The notes under the pieces are model-generated. The model had not been told where the DNA came from. It was given only the letters and a program-made list of their open reading frames with translations, and made no database searches. Below are positions 15,371-36,140 of a stretch of DNA of 64,000 nucleotides, piece by piece; positions within the stretch are counted from its first letter, which is position 1, and every line of letters begins with the position of its first letter. Source of the stretch: the human T2T-CHM13v2.0 reference genome, Homo sapiens; the NCBI RefSeq assembly GCF_009914755.1, contig NC_060941.1; one strand, 5' to 3'. A program made the position numbers and the translations under genes.

Positions 15371-17996
15371 TCTTTGTCTCTTTTGATCGTTGTTGGTTTA
15401 AAGTCTGTTTTATCAGAGACTAGGATTACAACCCCTGCTTTTTTTGGCTTTCCATTTGCTTGGTAGATCTTTCTCCATCCCTTTATTTTGAGCCTATGTA
15501 CGACTTTGCACGTGAGATGGGTCTCCTGAATACAGCACACTGATGGGTCTTGACTCTTTATCCAATTTGCCAATCTGTGCCTTTTAATTGGGGCATTTAG
15601 CCCATTTACATTTAAGGTTAATATTGTTACATGTGAATTTGATCCTGTCATTATGATGTTAGCTGGTTATTTTGCCCATTAATTGATGCAGTTTCTTCAT
15701 AGCATCAATGATCTTGACAATTTGGCATGTTTTTGCAGTGGCTGGTACCGGTTGTTTCTTTCCATGTTTAGTGCTTCTGTCAGGAGCTCTTGTAAGGCAG
15801 GCCTGGTGGTGACAAAATCTCTCACCATTTGCTTGTCTGTAAAGGATTTTATTTCTCCTTCACTTATGAAGCTCAGTTTGGCTAGATATGAAATTCTGGG
15901 TTGAAAATTCTTTTCTTTAAGAATGTTGAATATTGGCCCCCACTCTCTTCTGGCTTGTAGGGCTTTTGCCTAGAGACCCACTGTTAGTCTGATGGGCTTC
16001 CCTTTGTGGGTAACTCGACCTTTCTCTCTGGCTGCCCTTAACATTTTTTCCTTCATTTCAACCTTAGTGAATCTGACAACTATGTGTCTTGGGGTTGCTC
16101 TTCTTGAGGAGTATCTTTGTGGTGTTCTCTGTTCCTGAATTTGAATGTTGGCCTGCCTTGCTAGGTTGGGGAAGTTCTCCTGGATAATATCCTAAAGAGT
16201 GTTTTCCAGCTTGGTTCCATTCTCCCCATCACTTTTTGCAGTGGCTGGTAGCAGTTGTTTCTTTCCATGTTTAATGCTTCCTTCAGGAGCTCTTGTAAGG
16301 CAGGCCTGGTGGTGACAAAATCTCTCAGCATTTGCTTGTCTGTAAAGGATTTTATTTCTCCTTCACTTATGAAGCTTAGTTTGGCTGGATATGAAATTCC
16401 GGGTTGAAAATTCTTTAGGAATGTTGAATATTGGCCCCCACTCTCTTCTGGCTTGTAGGGCTTTTGCCAAGAGAACACCAATCAAACGTAGATTTGGTCT
16501 TTTCACATAGTCTCATATTTCTTGGCGGCTTTGTTCATTTCTTTTTACTCTTTTTTCTCTAACCTTGTCTTCTTGCTTTATTTCATTGATTTGATATTCG
16601 ATCACTGATACCCTTTCTTCCACTTGATTGAATCCGCTATTGAAACTTGTGCATGCATCACGAAGTTCTCGCGCCATGGTTTTCAGCTCCATCAGGTCAT
16701 TTAGGGTCTTCTCTACACTGTTTATTCTAGTTAGCCATTCGTCTAACCTTTTTTCAAGGTTTTTTAGCTTCCTTGCGATGGGTTCGAACATACTCCTTTA
16801 GCTCGGAGAAGTTTGTTATTACCAACCTTCTGAAGCCTACTTCTGTCAACTCGTCAAGTGATTCTCCATCCTGCTTTGTTCTGTTGCTGGCGAGGAGCTG
16901 CGATCCTTTGGAGGAGATGAGGTACTCTGATTTTTAGAATTTTCAGCTTTTCTGCTCTGGTTTCTCCCCATCTTTGTGGTTTTTATCTATCTTTGGTCTT
17001 TGATGTTGGTGACCCCCAGATGGGATTTTGGTGTAGATGTCCTTTTTGTTGATGATGATGCTATTCCTTTCTGTTTGTTCATTTTCCTTCTAACACTCAG
17101 GTCTCTCAGCTGCAGGTCTGTTGGAATTTGCTGGAGGTCCACTCAAGACCTTGTTTGCCTGGGTATCACCAGTAGAGGCTGCAGAACAGCAAATATTGCA
17201 GAACAGCAAATATTGCTGCCCGATCCTTCCTCTGGAAGCTTCTTCCCAAAGGGGCACCTGCCTATATGAGGTGTCTGTAGGCCCCTACTCAGAAGTGTTT
17301 CCCAGTTAGGCTACACAGGGGTCAGGAACCCACTTGAGGAGACAGTCTGTCCGTTCTCAGAGCTCAAATGCCATGCCGGGAGAGCCACTGCTCTCTTCGG
17401 AGCTGTCAGACAGGGACGTTTAAGTCTGCAGAAGTTGTCTGCTGCATTTTGTTCAGCTATGCCCTGCCCACAGAAGTGGAGTCTAGAGGCAGTAGGCCTT
17501 GCTGAGCTGCAGTGGGCTCCTCCCAGTTCAAGCTTCCTGGCAGCTTTGTTTACCTACTCAAGCCTCAGCAATGGTGGATGCCCCTCCCTCAGCCAGGCTG
17601 CCACCTCACAGTTTGATCTCAGACTGCTGCGCTAACAGTGAGCAAGGCTCCGTGGGCATGGGACCCGCTGAGTCAGGCACGGGAGAGAATCTCCTCTGCT
17701 GGTTGCTAAGACCTTGGGGAAAGTGCAGTATTTGGGCAGGAGTGTCCCGTTTTTCTAGTTACAGTCTGACATGGATTCCCGTGGCTAGGAAAGGGAAATC
17801 CCCTAACCCCTTGCGCTTCCTGGGTGAGGCAACGCCCCACCCTGCTTCACCTCGCCCTCCGTGGGCTGCACCCATTGTCCAACCAGTCCCAATGAGATGA
17901 ACCAGGTACCTCAGTTGGAAATGCAGAAATCATCCGTCTTCTGCATCGATCACGCTGGGAGCTGCAGACCAGAGCTGTTCCTATTCGGCCATCTTG

Positions 17997-17997
<1 letters not shown>
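15370..17997 (-). mobile_element. L1PA6-like LINE-1, inverted 5' part (5'UTR, ORF1, ORF2 residues 1-94)
   Basis: Minus strand begins CCAAGATGGCCGAATAGGAA. ORF1 ATG is at 16971 (frameshifted); ORF2 MTGSNSH...KRDKE starts at 15651. Confidence 0.93.
17571..17900 (+). CDS. LINE-1 ORF0 homolog, open, 109 aa (expression unknown)
   Basis: gcaATGG Kozak context; MVDAPPSARLPPHSLISDCCANSEQGSVGMGPAE aligns to ORF0 MAGAPPPASLPPCSLISDCCASNQRDSVGVGPSE. Confidence 0.45.
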   Translation: MVDAPPSARLPPHSLISDCCANSEQGSVGMGPAESGTGENLLCWLLRPWGKCSIWAGVSRFSSYSLTWIPVARKGKSPNPLRFLGEATPHPASPRPPWAAPIVQPVPMR

Positions 17998-19898
<1,901 letters not shown>

Positions 19899-20421
19899 CG
19901 GTTAAACATATTATTTTTAGAAACAGAATATATCAACTTAGCACATTTTATTTCTACCTAAACATTTTAGTAGAACTTAAATAAAAATTTAATTAAGTCC
20001 CAATAAGTTAGTATTTCATTTACAACATTTAATTTTATAGAATTAACTATGTTTTACTATACAGAAAATTTTCTTTAACATAAAATTTATAAAACATATT
20101 TGCAACATAAAAATTTTTATGTCACAGAGATTAACTTTCTAAGAATAAGAAGCCAATCATGGAAATGTTCCTATGATCATAATCAGTGGCTATTAAAGCT
20201 CTAAAGTACAAAAGAAACAGAATTACAGCTCTGTAGTACTCCCACTTGACCTCTAAGAACACAGCCACGTTGACATCTAAAACAAAACATTGTTTACCCA
20301 CTCAGGAAGAAAAATAACTACAGGTAAGATTAAATCTGTTAAGAGCAGAAGGCCCCTCAGGAATTTAGGCTGGTGGAGGTGGATAACTACCTCAAAGGAA
20401 AACTTAGAACAAAAAGATTAC

Positions 20422-20549
20422 CTCAGCAACCTTTGGAGGCACTCCATCCCCAAGCACTTCCCGGATGAAGCAGTGCTGGCCCATGTAATATGAGAGTCCA
20501 CAGGTCCTCTTGAAAGCATCCTTCAGTCGTTTTAGCTCTACATCTGTAA
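20422..20549 (-). CDS. USP32: USP32 (ubiquitin-specific peptidase 32) coding exon 2, N-terminal region preceding the EF-hands
   Basis: Minus strand reads ttctgaattgcag|TTACAGATGTAGAG...GTTGCTGAG|gtaatc. The exon is 128 nt, phase 1 in and phase 0 out, and translates to (V)TDVELKRLKDAFKRTCGLSYYMGQHCFIREVLGDGVPPKVAE, matching the remembered USP32 residues 20-62. Confidence 0.96.
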
Positions 20550-20640
20550 CTGCAATTCAGAAACAGAAGATGGGTAAGAAATCAGGAGAGAAAAGAGGTG
20601 TCTCATAATTTTTTTCAACCTGGCTCCTAAGAAAAATTGA

Positions 20641-20955
20641 GGCTAGGCACAGTGGCTCACGCCTATAATCCCAGTACTTTGGAAGGCCAAGGCAGGCGGA
20701 TCACTTAAGGCCAGGAGTTCAAGATCAGCCTGGACAATGTGGCGAAACCCCATCTCTACAAAAAAAACAAAAATTAGCTGGGCATGGTGGTGCATGCCTA
20801 TAATCCCAGCTACTTGGGAGGCTGAGACACGATAATCACTTGAACCTGGGAGATGGAGGTTGCACTGAGCCAAGACCATGCCGCCGCACTCCAGCATGGA
20901 CAACAGAGCGAAACTCTGTCTCAAAAAAATAAATAAATAAAAAGAAAAAAAAAGA
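20641..20955 (+). mobile_element. AluS about 90 nt upstream of the exon 2 acceptor
   Basis: Full Alu with TSD aagaaaaattg. Confidence 0.9.
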
Positions 20956-20994
20956 AAAATTGGCAAGCATTACACTTCTTTTTTGGTTAAATAA

Positions 20995-21222
<228 letters not shown>

Positions 21223-22056
21223 TAATATAGGCATACAAATTTTAGGCAGGGGCAAAGAAGTAACAAATATTTCAAATTAGCAGGTAAGCTAAATGCCACT
21301 GGATTCTGGCATTAATGTTTTCAGCAGCAATACATTAATCTCCTTTGTGATAAAAATTATATTATTTGTACTCCTTGAGCACATCTCTATCCATATGGAG
21401 AACAGTCTTCAAGTTTAGCTTGGATTTTGTCATTATTTAAAAAGAAAATAGTTCATAAACAGATGATATTAACAAACTAAAATTTTTAGATACTTATTAT
21501 CAAAAACAAAAAAATTACTGAGCCATTACTTTATTTTATGCATTGAAAACTTTTTTTCACTATATGGAACAATCTCTATCTACAAGAACAAAGAAATAAA
21601 CACCCTTTACTATTACATGATCAGTACCACAATCACAATAGAGGCACAGAAATGGTACCTTTGACCCATGCTAGAGAAAACAGAGAATTCTTCCAGATGA
21701 AGATAATTACATTAAATTTTAAAGGCTAAACCAAGCAAAATGAACAAGGATATGCTGGTCAGAAATTACAGTTTGCTTCAAAGTACAATGAAGTATAAAA
21801 ATGTATCATAAAAGTATCTTACTACAGCAAAGCACGGAGTAGCAAACGATAAACCTAGAGAGGCAGCAAGACCAAGTCACAGAGACTCTGTCCTGTCATA
21901 AGGAAGGGACACAGTCAGATACAACTCAGATAAAAACTGCAGGCAGACGAGAAAAAAACACAGTGAGATATAATTCAGATAGCTCACTCTACCAATAACA
22001 AAGAGAACAGAACAAATCTGGAAGCAATAGCCTGCTACTACAAGAAAAGGAGCTAA

Positions 22057-22717
<661 letters not shown>

Positions 22718-22781
22718 GTACCGAGAAACTTCAAGGATTATGTTATTATGTAGACAGAGAATGTAAGAATAAGTCAGGAAA

Positions 22782-23082
<301 letters not shown>

Positions 23083-23432
23083 TCAGGAAAAAAGATGATA
23101 AACTTTTTTAAGGATACTGAATATGGGAAACCTTGGAAAATGCAATGGGGTTTTAGAATTTTAAATGTAAAGCTTAAGAGAGGTTGATAGGAGTCATCAG
23201 TATAGAGGTAGTAATTAAAACCATGAGGAAGAAGCATAATGAGACACACCAAAACTAGAAGAAGCCAGTGTTTCCAAGAGGAAGGAAACAGAGGGAAAAA
23301 CTAAGAAAGAGAAAGAAAATTGATATGGAATAGTCAGGAGAAAAGAAGGAGAAGTAGAAGAGTATGCTCTCCAAAGGCCAGGAAAAGGGGACTTATCAAG
23401 TTAAGGCAGAAAGGACCAGCAAGATAAAGACT

Positions 23433-23718
<286 letters not shown>

Positions 23719-24238
23719 GATAAAGACTAAAGAGTGCTTGGCACACAGTTAATCACTTTGATAAATGCTTGTGGTAGGAAGGGGGGGTTCATGGTTCAGC
23801 AACATAGAGTAATGATAAAACAATAAGAACCACTAGTTGAATAAGTAGCTAGAGAAAAGTATGACTATTAGGTACTTTATTTAAAATTGGATTTATAATA
23901 TTAACATTTGCAATTGAAGGAGGTAACTTTGGCTGCGGAATATGTATTTCTTCAAGATGCCTAATTTTCATTAATGGCTTTAGTAACAAATTAGGTTGTT
24001 CACAGTCTAGTGGAGGAGACAAGAAAATTAAACATTCAAATAATATTAGAATAATATATGACTAAATATTAGAATAACATAGTATTAGAATATATTACAA
24101 TATAATTAATCTAATATATTAATTATATATTAATCTAATAGACTACCTGTATAACAGTATAGGTAATCTCCTATAGTGTTGGTTACAGATTATTTGAAGA
24201 ACTACTTGGTAATATGTTTTTTAAAAATATAATCTGGT

Positions 24239-24521
24239 GGCTGGGCACGATAGTTCACACCTGTAATGCCAGGACTTTGGGAGACTGAGGCAGGTGGATC
24301 CCTTGAGGCCAGGAGTTCGAGACCAGCCTGGCCAACATGGTGAAATCCCATCTCTACTAAAAATACAAAAATTAGCCAGCCGTGGCGGTGGGTGCCTGTA
24401 ATCCCAGTTACTCAGGTGGCTGAGGCAGGAGGATTGAGGAGGCAAAGGTTGCAGTGAGCTGAGATAGCCCCACTACATTCCAGCCTGGACAATGACAGAG
24501 TGAGACTCTGTCTCAAAAGAA

Positions 24522-24539
<18 letters not shown>
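24239..24539 (+). mobile_element. AluS
   Basis: Alu consensus with A tail. Confidence 0.88.
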
Positions 24540-24575
<36 letters not shown>

Positions 24576-24635
24576 ATATATATTATATATATACATATAT
24601 ATACACATATATATATACACACATATATATATATA
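24539..24635. repeat. (TA)n microsatellite, interrupted
   Basis: About 95 bp of TA with a few CA/TT interruptions. Confidence 0.95.
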
Positions 24636-24934
24636 GCAATCTGATGACTAATGAATTTATTCACTTAAACTGTAGGGAAATGTACATATAAATAAGCTTT
24701 TAAAGCATTTATAAGAAGCAAACAATGTCCATCAACAAAGGACAGATTGAATAAATTATTGTATACATTTAGAATATCATACAGACACTGAAATGTTCCT
24801 ACAGATCCATATTTACTGAAAATAAATACATAAAAATGTTCACCATACAGTGAAATGTTGAAAATTTTGAAAATAAAAATTTAAGCAAGACAGAAAATAT
24901 AATAGAATCAAGCCTAAGTTCTGCTCTGTGGTTT

Positions 24935-25529
<595 letters not shown>

Positions 25530-25703
25530 AGGTGTGGTAAATTTTTTAAATAAGAAAATGATATTAGTTATCTTCGTATTAGAAAGAAAAAGTAGCTTCA
25601 GAAAAGGACAAAGGGACTTTTCTTAAATCTTCTCTCTCTCCCTCTATCCCTCTCTCAGTAAAATTACAGTGAGAATAAAAGAAGATATAAACTCACAAGG
25701 ACA

Positions 25704-25846
25704 GAGGGATAAAAAACTACATAATAGGTATAATGTACCCTACTCGGGTGATGGGTGCATTAAAAATCTCAGATTTCACCACTGCACACTTCATCCACGT
25801 AACGAAAAACCACCTGTACCCCAAAAGCTATTGAATTTTTTTTTTT
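25704..25846 (+). mobile_element. Short L1 3' end (L1PB4/L1MA1-like)
   Basis: ctcgggtgatgggtgcattaaaaatctcagatttcaccact...aaccacctgtacccc; TSD aactcacaa(g/a)gaca. Confidence 0.8.
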
Positions 25847-26377
25847 AACTCACAAAGACAAAAATAGGACAAGAGAGACACGAGAACCTAAGAGACAGTC
25901 AAATTTTTCTGGTGCACATTAAGTATCTGGAGTGGTCACTGACCTAAGCCAACCCAAGAAAGTTAAAACCTAGCAGCTGAGAAATTCAAACAAGAAGCAA
26001 ACGAATTTACCCTGTCCATAGCCCCAAAAGGCTCAGAAATGGATGGTACCAATTACCACAAAAGTCAGGGGGGTAAAAGGTGAGGCTGAGAAAAAAAAAT
26101 AGAGATTGGTTCAAAGTCTATGAGGAGTAGTTAGACTCTCTGGACCCTTGCAGCACAAGGCAATCAGGCACCAATCTACCACCTACCCAAACCCCCATCA
26201 CTTTCACACCAACCTTTTAGCAACTCCCGGGCTCAAGTGATCCTCCCACCTCAGCTGCCCAAGTAGCTGGGACTACAGGCATGCACCACTATGTCAGGCC
26301 CTTCCTAGCTATTTTTAATTTGTACCTTTAGCTGATTTTTTTCAACAAGCATTTATGAAATGTCTACTATGCCAGGC

Positions 26378-26666
26378 TTCTTTTTTTTTTTCGAGATGGA
26401 GTCTCACTCCGTCCCCCAGGCTGGAATGCATGATCTCAGCTCACTGCAACCTCTGTCTCCCGGGTTCAAGCAATTCTCCTGCCCAGCCTCCCAAGTAGCT
26501 GGGAGTACAGGCACGCACCACCGTGCCTGGCTAATTCTTGTATTTTTAGTAGAGGCGGGGTTTCGCCATGCTGGCCAGGCTGGTCTTGAACTCCTGACCT
26601 CAGGTGATCCACCTCCCTCGGCCTCGCAAAGTGCTGGGATTACAGGCGTGAGCCACCAAGCCCAGC
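26378..26666 (-). mobile_element. AluS
   Basis: Antisense Alu. Confidence 0.88.
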
Positions 26667-27089
26667 TGTCAGGCATTTATTAAATGTCTACTTATCTCAG
26701 TCAAGATGAGTAATACATAGTCTCCATATTCTAATACTTCAAAATTTAGTAGAAAAGACAGGACACAACAAAAATAACTATAATACCAAATATGAAATAT
26801 TAAACTGGAGGTATTCAATGGAGTTCCAAAATAGGGAATAATTAGGAAGTGGTAATTCCTAAAGAGTAGGGGTTCACCTGGCAAAAAAAAACGCAAAGGG
26901 CTATTCTATGCAGGGAAAACACATATAAAAGAATAAAGTGGCATGGATAATCAAAGAATTGCAAGTAGTATGATATAAATGGAGTACAGGGTATAAGAAG
27001 CAGAGTTGTCAGAAATGAGGTTAGAATGATAATGGGCAGACAAAACAGAACCCTGACTTTATTCAAGATGATAATGTCCTTAGCTAAAT

Positions 27090-27483
27090 GACTATATTTT
27101 TCAGTTTCCCTTGCAACTAGAAATGGCCAATGAAATGCAGTAGAAATGACTGGGGGGACCTCCATGAAGGCTTCTTAAAAGGTAACAGCTGGCAAATATC
27201 CTTTTGCCCTTATCTCTTCTTCCCACCTGGCACTTAGATATACAATGGCTGCATCTCCAGCAGCCATTTTACACACCTATTTTTGAGTGAACGTCAAAGT
27301 TATAAGCCATACAGTAAGGATGGCGAGGTCAAAAAGATTTTTAAAAGCCTAGATGACCATGGAACTGCCATATGACCCTTGGATATCCTACCTCCAGATT
27401 TACGTGTGAGAAAAATAAACCCTTATATCTTATTTAAACTATTATTTTGTTTAATATACATCCAAACTTAAACCTAACTGATA
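27090..27483 (+). mobile_element. Old ERVL-class LTR fragment (MLT1/LTR16/LTR33-like)
   Basis: ttcccttgcaactagaaatggccaatgaaatg...cagcagccatttt...aaaataaaccc...cctaactgata. Confidence 0.5.
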
Positions 27484-27970
27484 AAGGTATCAGGTACAAG
27501 TTTATGGAAGGCCATTCTAAGCCATGTTAAAAATCCTTTCCTGGCTTTAAACAAAGAAGTAACAATCAGGTTTACATGCACATTGGTGTCGATGCAATAA
27601 ACAAGACTGGGAAAAGGTCAGAATGGAGGTATAAAGACCAGTTGAGCGGTTACTGCATTTGTTCAGACAAGAGATGAACTCAACAAAAGAACTCGAAGGC
27701 ACAGCCTCAAGCGATCCTGCCACCTCTGTCTCCAAAGTGCTGGGATTACAGGCCTAAGGCATAAAGTAAAAAGGGAGGTAAGAAGGCAGATTCAAGAGAT
27801 AAACTCAACTGAACAGGGTTCACTGAATAATTAGCTGTCAAAGGACTAGAAAGAAAAAAATGATCTTTGATGATTTCAAAGTGTCTGCCTGTTTCTAAGA
27901 TATACTCAGTGCTACTGATGAAGATTAGTCTAGGGGAGAATTTGAATATATTACATTGTATTTACATTTC

Positions 27971-28344
27971 TGTTATGAAATGAATGTATGTGTCCTCCCC
28001 TCAAATTCATATGTTGAAGCCCTAACACACAGTGTGGCTGGTTTTGGAGTAAGGAAGCAATTATTGTTAAATAAGCTTATAAGGATAGGACGCTGAACTT
28101 ACAGGATTAGTGTTCATAGAAGAAGAGACACCAAAGGGCTCAAGCGCAACATAGGCACAGAGGAAAGAGCATGTATGGATGCAACGAGCAGGAAAGGCTC
28201 TCTTCTGCAGGCCAGGAAGAGAGCCCTCACCAAAAACAAAACCTTGCTGGAACCCAACGTTATTTCCAATGGGAAATAACATTTCTGTCGTTTAATCATC
28301 CAGTCTTTGGTATTTTGTGATGGTAGCCCAAGCTGACTACTATC
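27971..28344 (+). mobile_element. MLT1A-like MaLR solo LTR
   Basis: tgttatg...caaattcatatgttgaagccctaa...; 5-bp TSD atttc. Confidence 0.82.
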
Positions 28345-28398
28345 ATTTCTATAGTACCAATGGTAAATAGACCAACTCCTCCATTTTAATTTAGATAG

Positions 28399-28697
28399 AG
28401 GCCAGTGCGGTGGCTCACACCTGTAATCCCAGCACTTTGGGAGGCCGAAGCAGGTGGATCACTTAAGGCCAGGAGTTCGAGACCAGCTTGGCCAACACGG
28501 AGAAACACCATCTCTACTAAAAATACAAAAATTAGCCAGGGATGGTGGTGCACACCTGTAATCCCAGCCACTCAGGAGGCTGAGGCAGGAGAATCGTTCG
28601 AACCTGGGAGGCAGAGGTTGTGGTGAGCAGAGATTGCACCACTGCACCCCAGCCTGGGAGACAGAGTGAGACTCTGTCTAAAAACAAATAAAAAATA
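28399..28697 (+). mobile_element. AluS
   Basis: TSD taatttagata. Confidence 0.88.
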
Positions 28698-29659
28698 ATT
28701 TAGATAATCTATGTAAATCGCTTTTACAAAGTCATATGAAGAGATCAGAACTCACTGTCCATGAAAGGAAAATAAAATTATGTAATTAACAATTGCACAA
28801 AACAAACATAAGAGAGCAGCACAACGCTCATTGTCATGCTCTAAACTTTTAGAGGTTACCGTGTCTACACCAGTAGTTATTAACCTTTTCTGCAGTGACA
28901 CAGAATGGATGTTGTCATTACCATGAGCATTCCGTAAATTCTAGCTGCAACTATACTCTTTACTTCCAGTCAAGAAATCACATGCATGTGTGAAATGCAT
29001 GAAATTAAATCCATTTTTGTAAAGGTAAGCTTTTTTCTTGAAGTTCAATACTTTATTATTACTCATTACATGGTATAAAATATTTCACAATAAACCACAA
29101 TACTGGTGTTCTATTCCCCTATTATATACTGCTTTATATTATAACTTTTTTTCAAAGGTAATATTTGTCTTATCTCTCCAAGTATATTTTAAGTCTCTTG
29201 AGAGCAAAGACCAAGTCTATTCTTCATCTCTATTTCTTTAAGACAGCCAAGGCAGGACCATGCATTCTGATTTCTGTTATAGGATAGGAGTTTCCGTTTT
29301 AACAGTTTGGTTCCAAAGGCAAAGAGGAAAATTTAACAACATCTGAATCAGAGGATAACCACAGAGATAAATAAACATTGGGAAATATGCCTTTCACTGC
29401 CAAAGTGGGCTAAGAATTTACAAACCTAGGACAAGAAGAAATTGTATAATGCAGCAAAGAAAACACAACCAACATATTTGTAAATCTGCTTGGTGCAGCT
29501 GATCTGAAGTAAATTAACCTATCAAAAGTCACTTTGGTAGGGTCCCTGCTAAAAAAAGCTACTGCAGAGCCACTTCAGGTAGATGATAAAACCCAGATGG
29601 GACATCTCAGGCAAGAGGGGGCCTACAACTAGCAATTTTTTTTGCTACTGGTGACTTTG

Positions 29660-33540
<3,881 letters not shown>

Positions 33541-34469
33541 AGGTAATAGTCCTCTGTGCTTCAAGAATATAAAAGACCACTAGGAAAACAGAAGGTCAAG
33601 TAAGTTTTTAACATCTAAAAATGAGATTAAAAAATGAACATTATTCTTACAGAAGGAGTTTATCATAGATCTAATTTTGAGAAACTAGATGAGACCAGGA
33701 TATTGAGGATGACGGTGCTTCGCAAGGTTTTGATATTACATCATGGGGCACCACTGACAACTAAGAAAATATAGCTTAGTCTATGATTACAGGGCCAACA
33801 GGGATGTCACTTGCCAAGATTGAGAATCTCTGGCTTAGGCCAAAAAGATTTAAAATGTTATAACACACAATAAATTGATAAAAATTTAAAATGCAAACCT
33901 TAGAACCAGAAGGTAGAGACACACGAGAGGTTCCAGCTGCTGCAAACTACTTCTCATTCCCTAACCACATTATGTTCACTGCTACTGTCCTTGCAGTGTC
34001 CTCTGCCTATGAGCTCCAATCATACTCTGAACAATCCAACATCCTTCAAGGCTTGGCTTAATGTCCCTCCTTTATTTTTTGGAAGCCTATTCTAATTGCT
34101 TCCATGCCCCACCACCTAAAATGTTAGGTGTCCCTCCTACAAAATAACTTTCCTTATAATCACTTATTCAATATCAAATTCTCAATGCTTTAACTTTAAA
34201 ATAACACAGCTTATATTGTATGTTTATTGAATTGTATATCTCCCCTCTGCTCTTTAAGAACAAAGAAACTGCCTTATTTATATGTATCCCCAACACCCAG
34301 CAAAGAACCTTAAATATTATTGATATTTTTGGATAAAGACAGAATTTTTTAAATGATCAAATAAATGTGCTATCTATTCTCTTGTCCAAGGCCTATGCTT
34401 ATTACTAAACCTCAGCATCTAGAACAACTTCTGACACACAGTAAGAACTCAGAAAAAATGTTTTTTCAA

Positions 34470-36140
<1,671 letters not shown>

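Noticed and set aside
17181-17216. 17-bp tandem repeat gcagaacagcaaatatt in the L1 5'UTR
   Set aside because: As I recall, this is a normal feature of L1PA6/7-age consensus sequences rather than a local event.
20290-20493. 67-aa + strand ORF
   Set aside because: It is the antisense shadow of USP32 exon 2.
20422-20549. Possibility that this is USP6 or a USP32 pseudogene copy
   Set aside because: The exon is intact, has canonical splice sites and matches the USP32 N-terminus, which USP6 replaces with a TBC1D3-derived region. A BLAT search would confirm.
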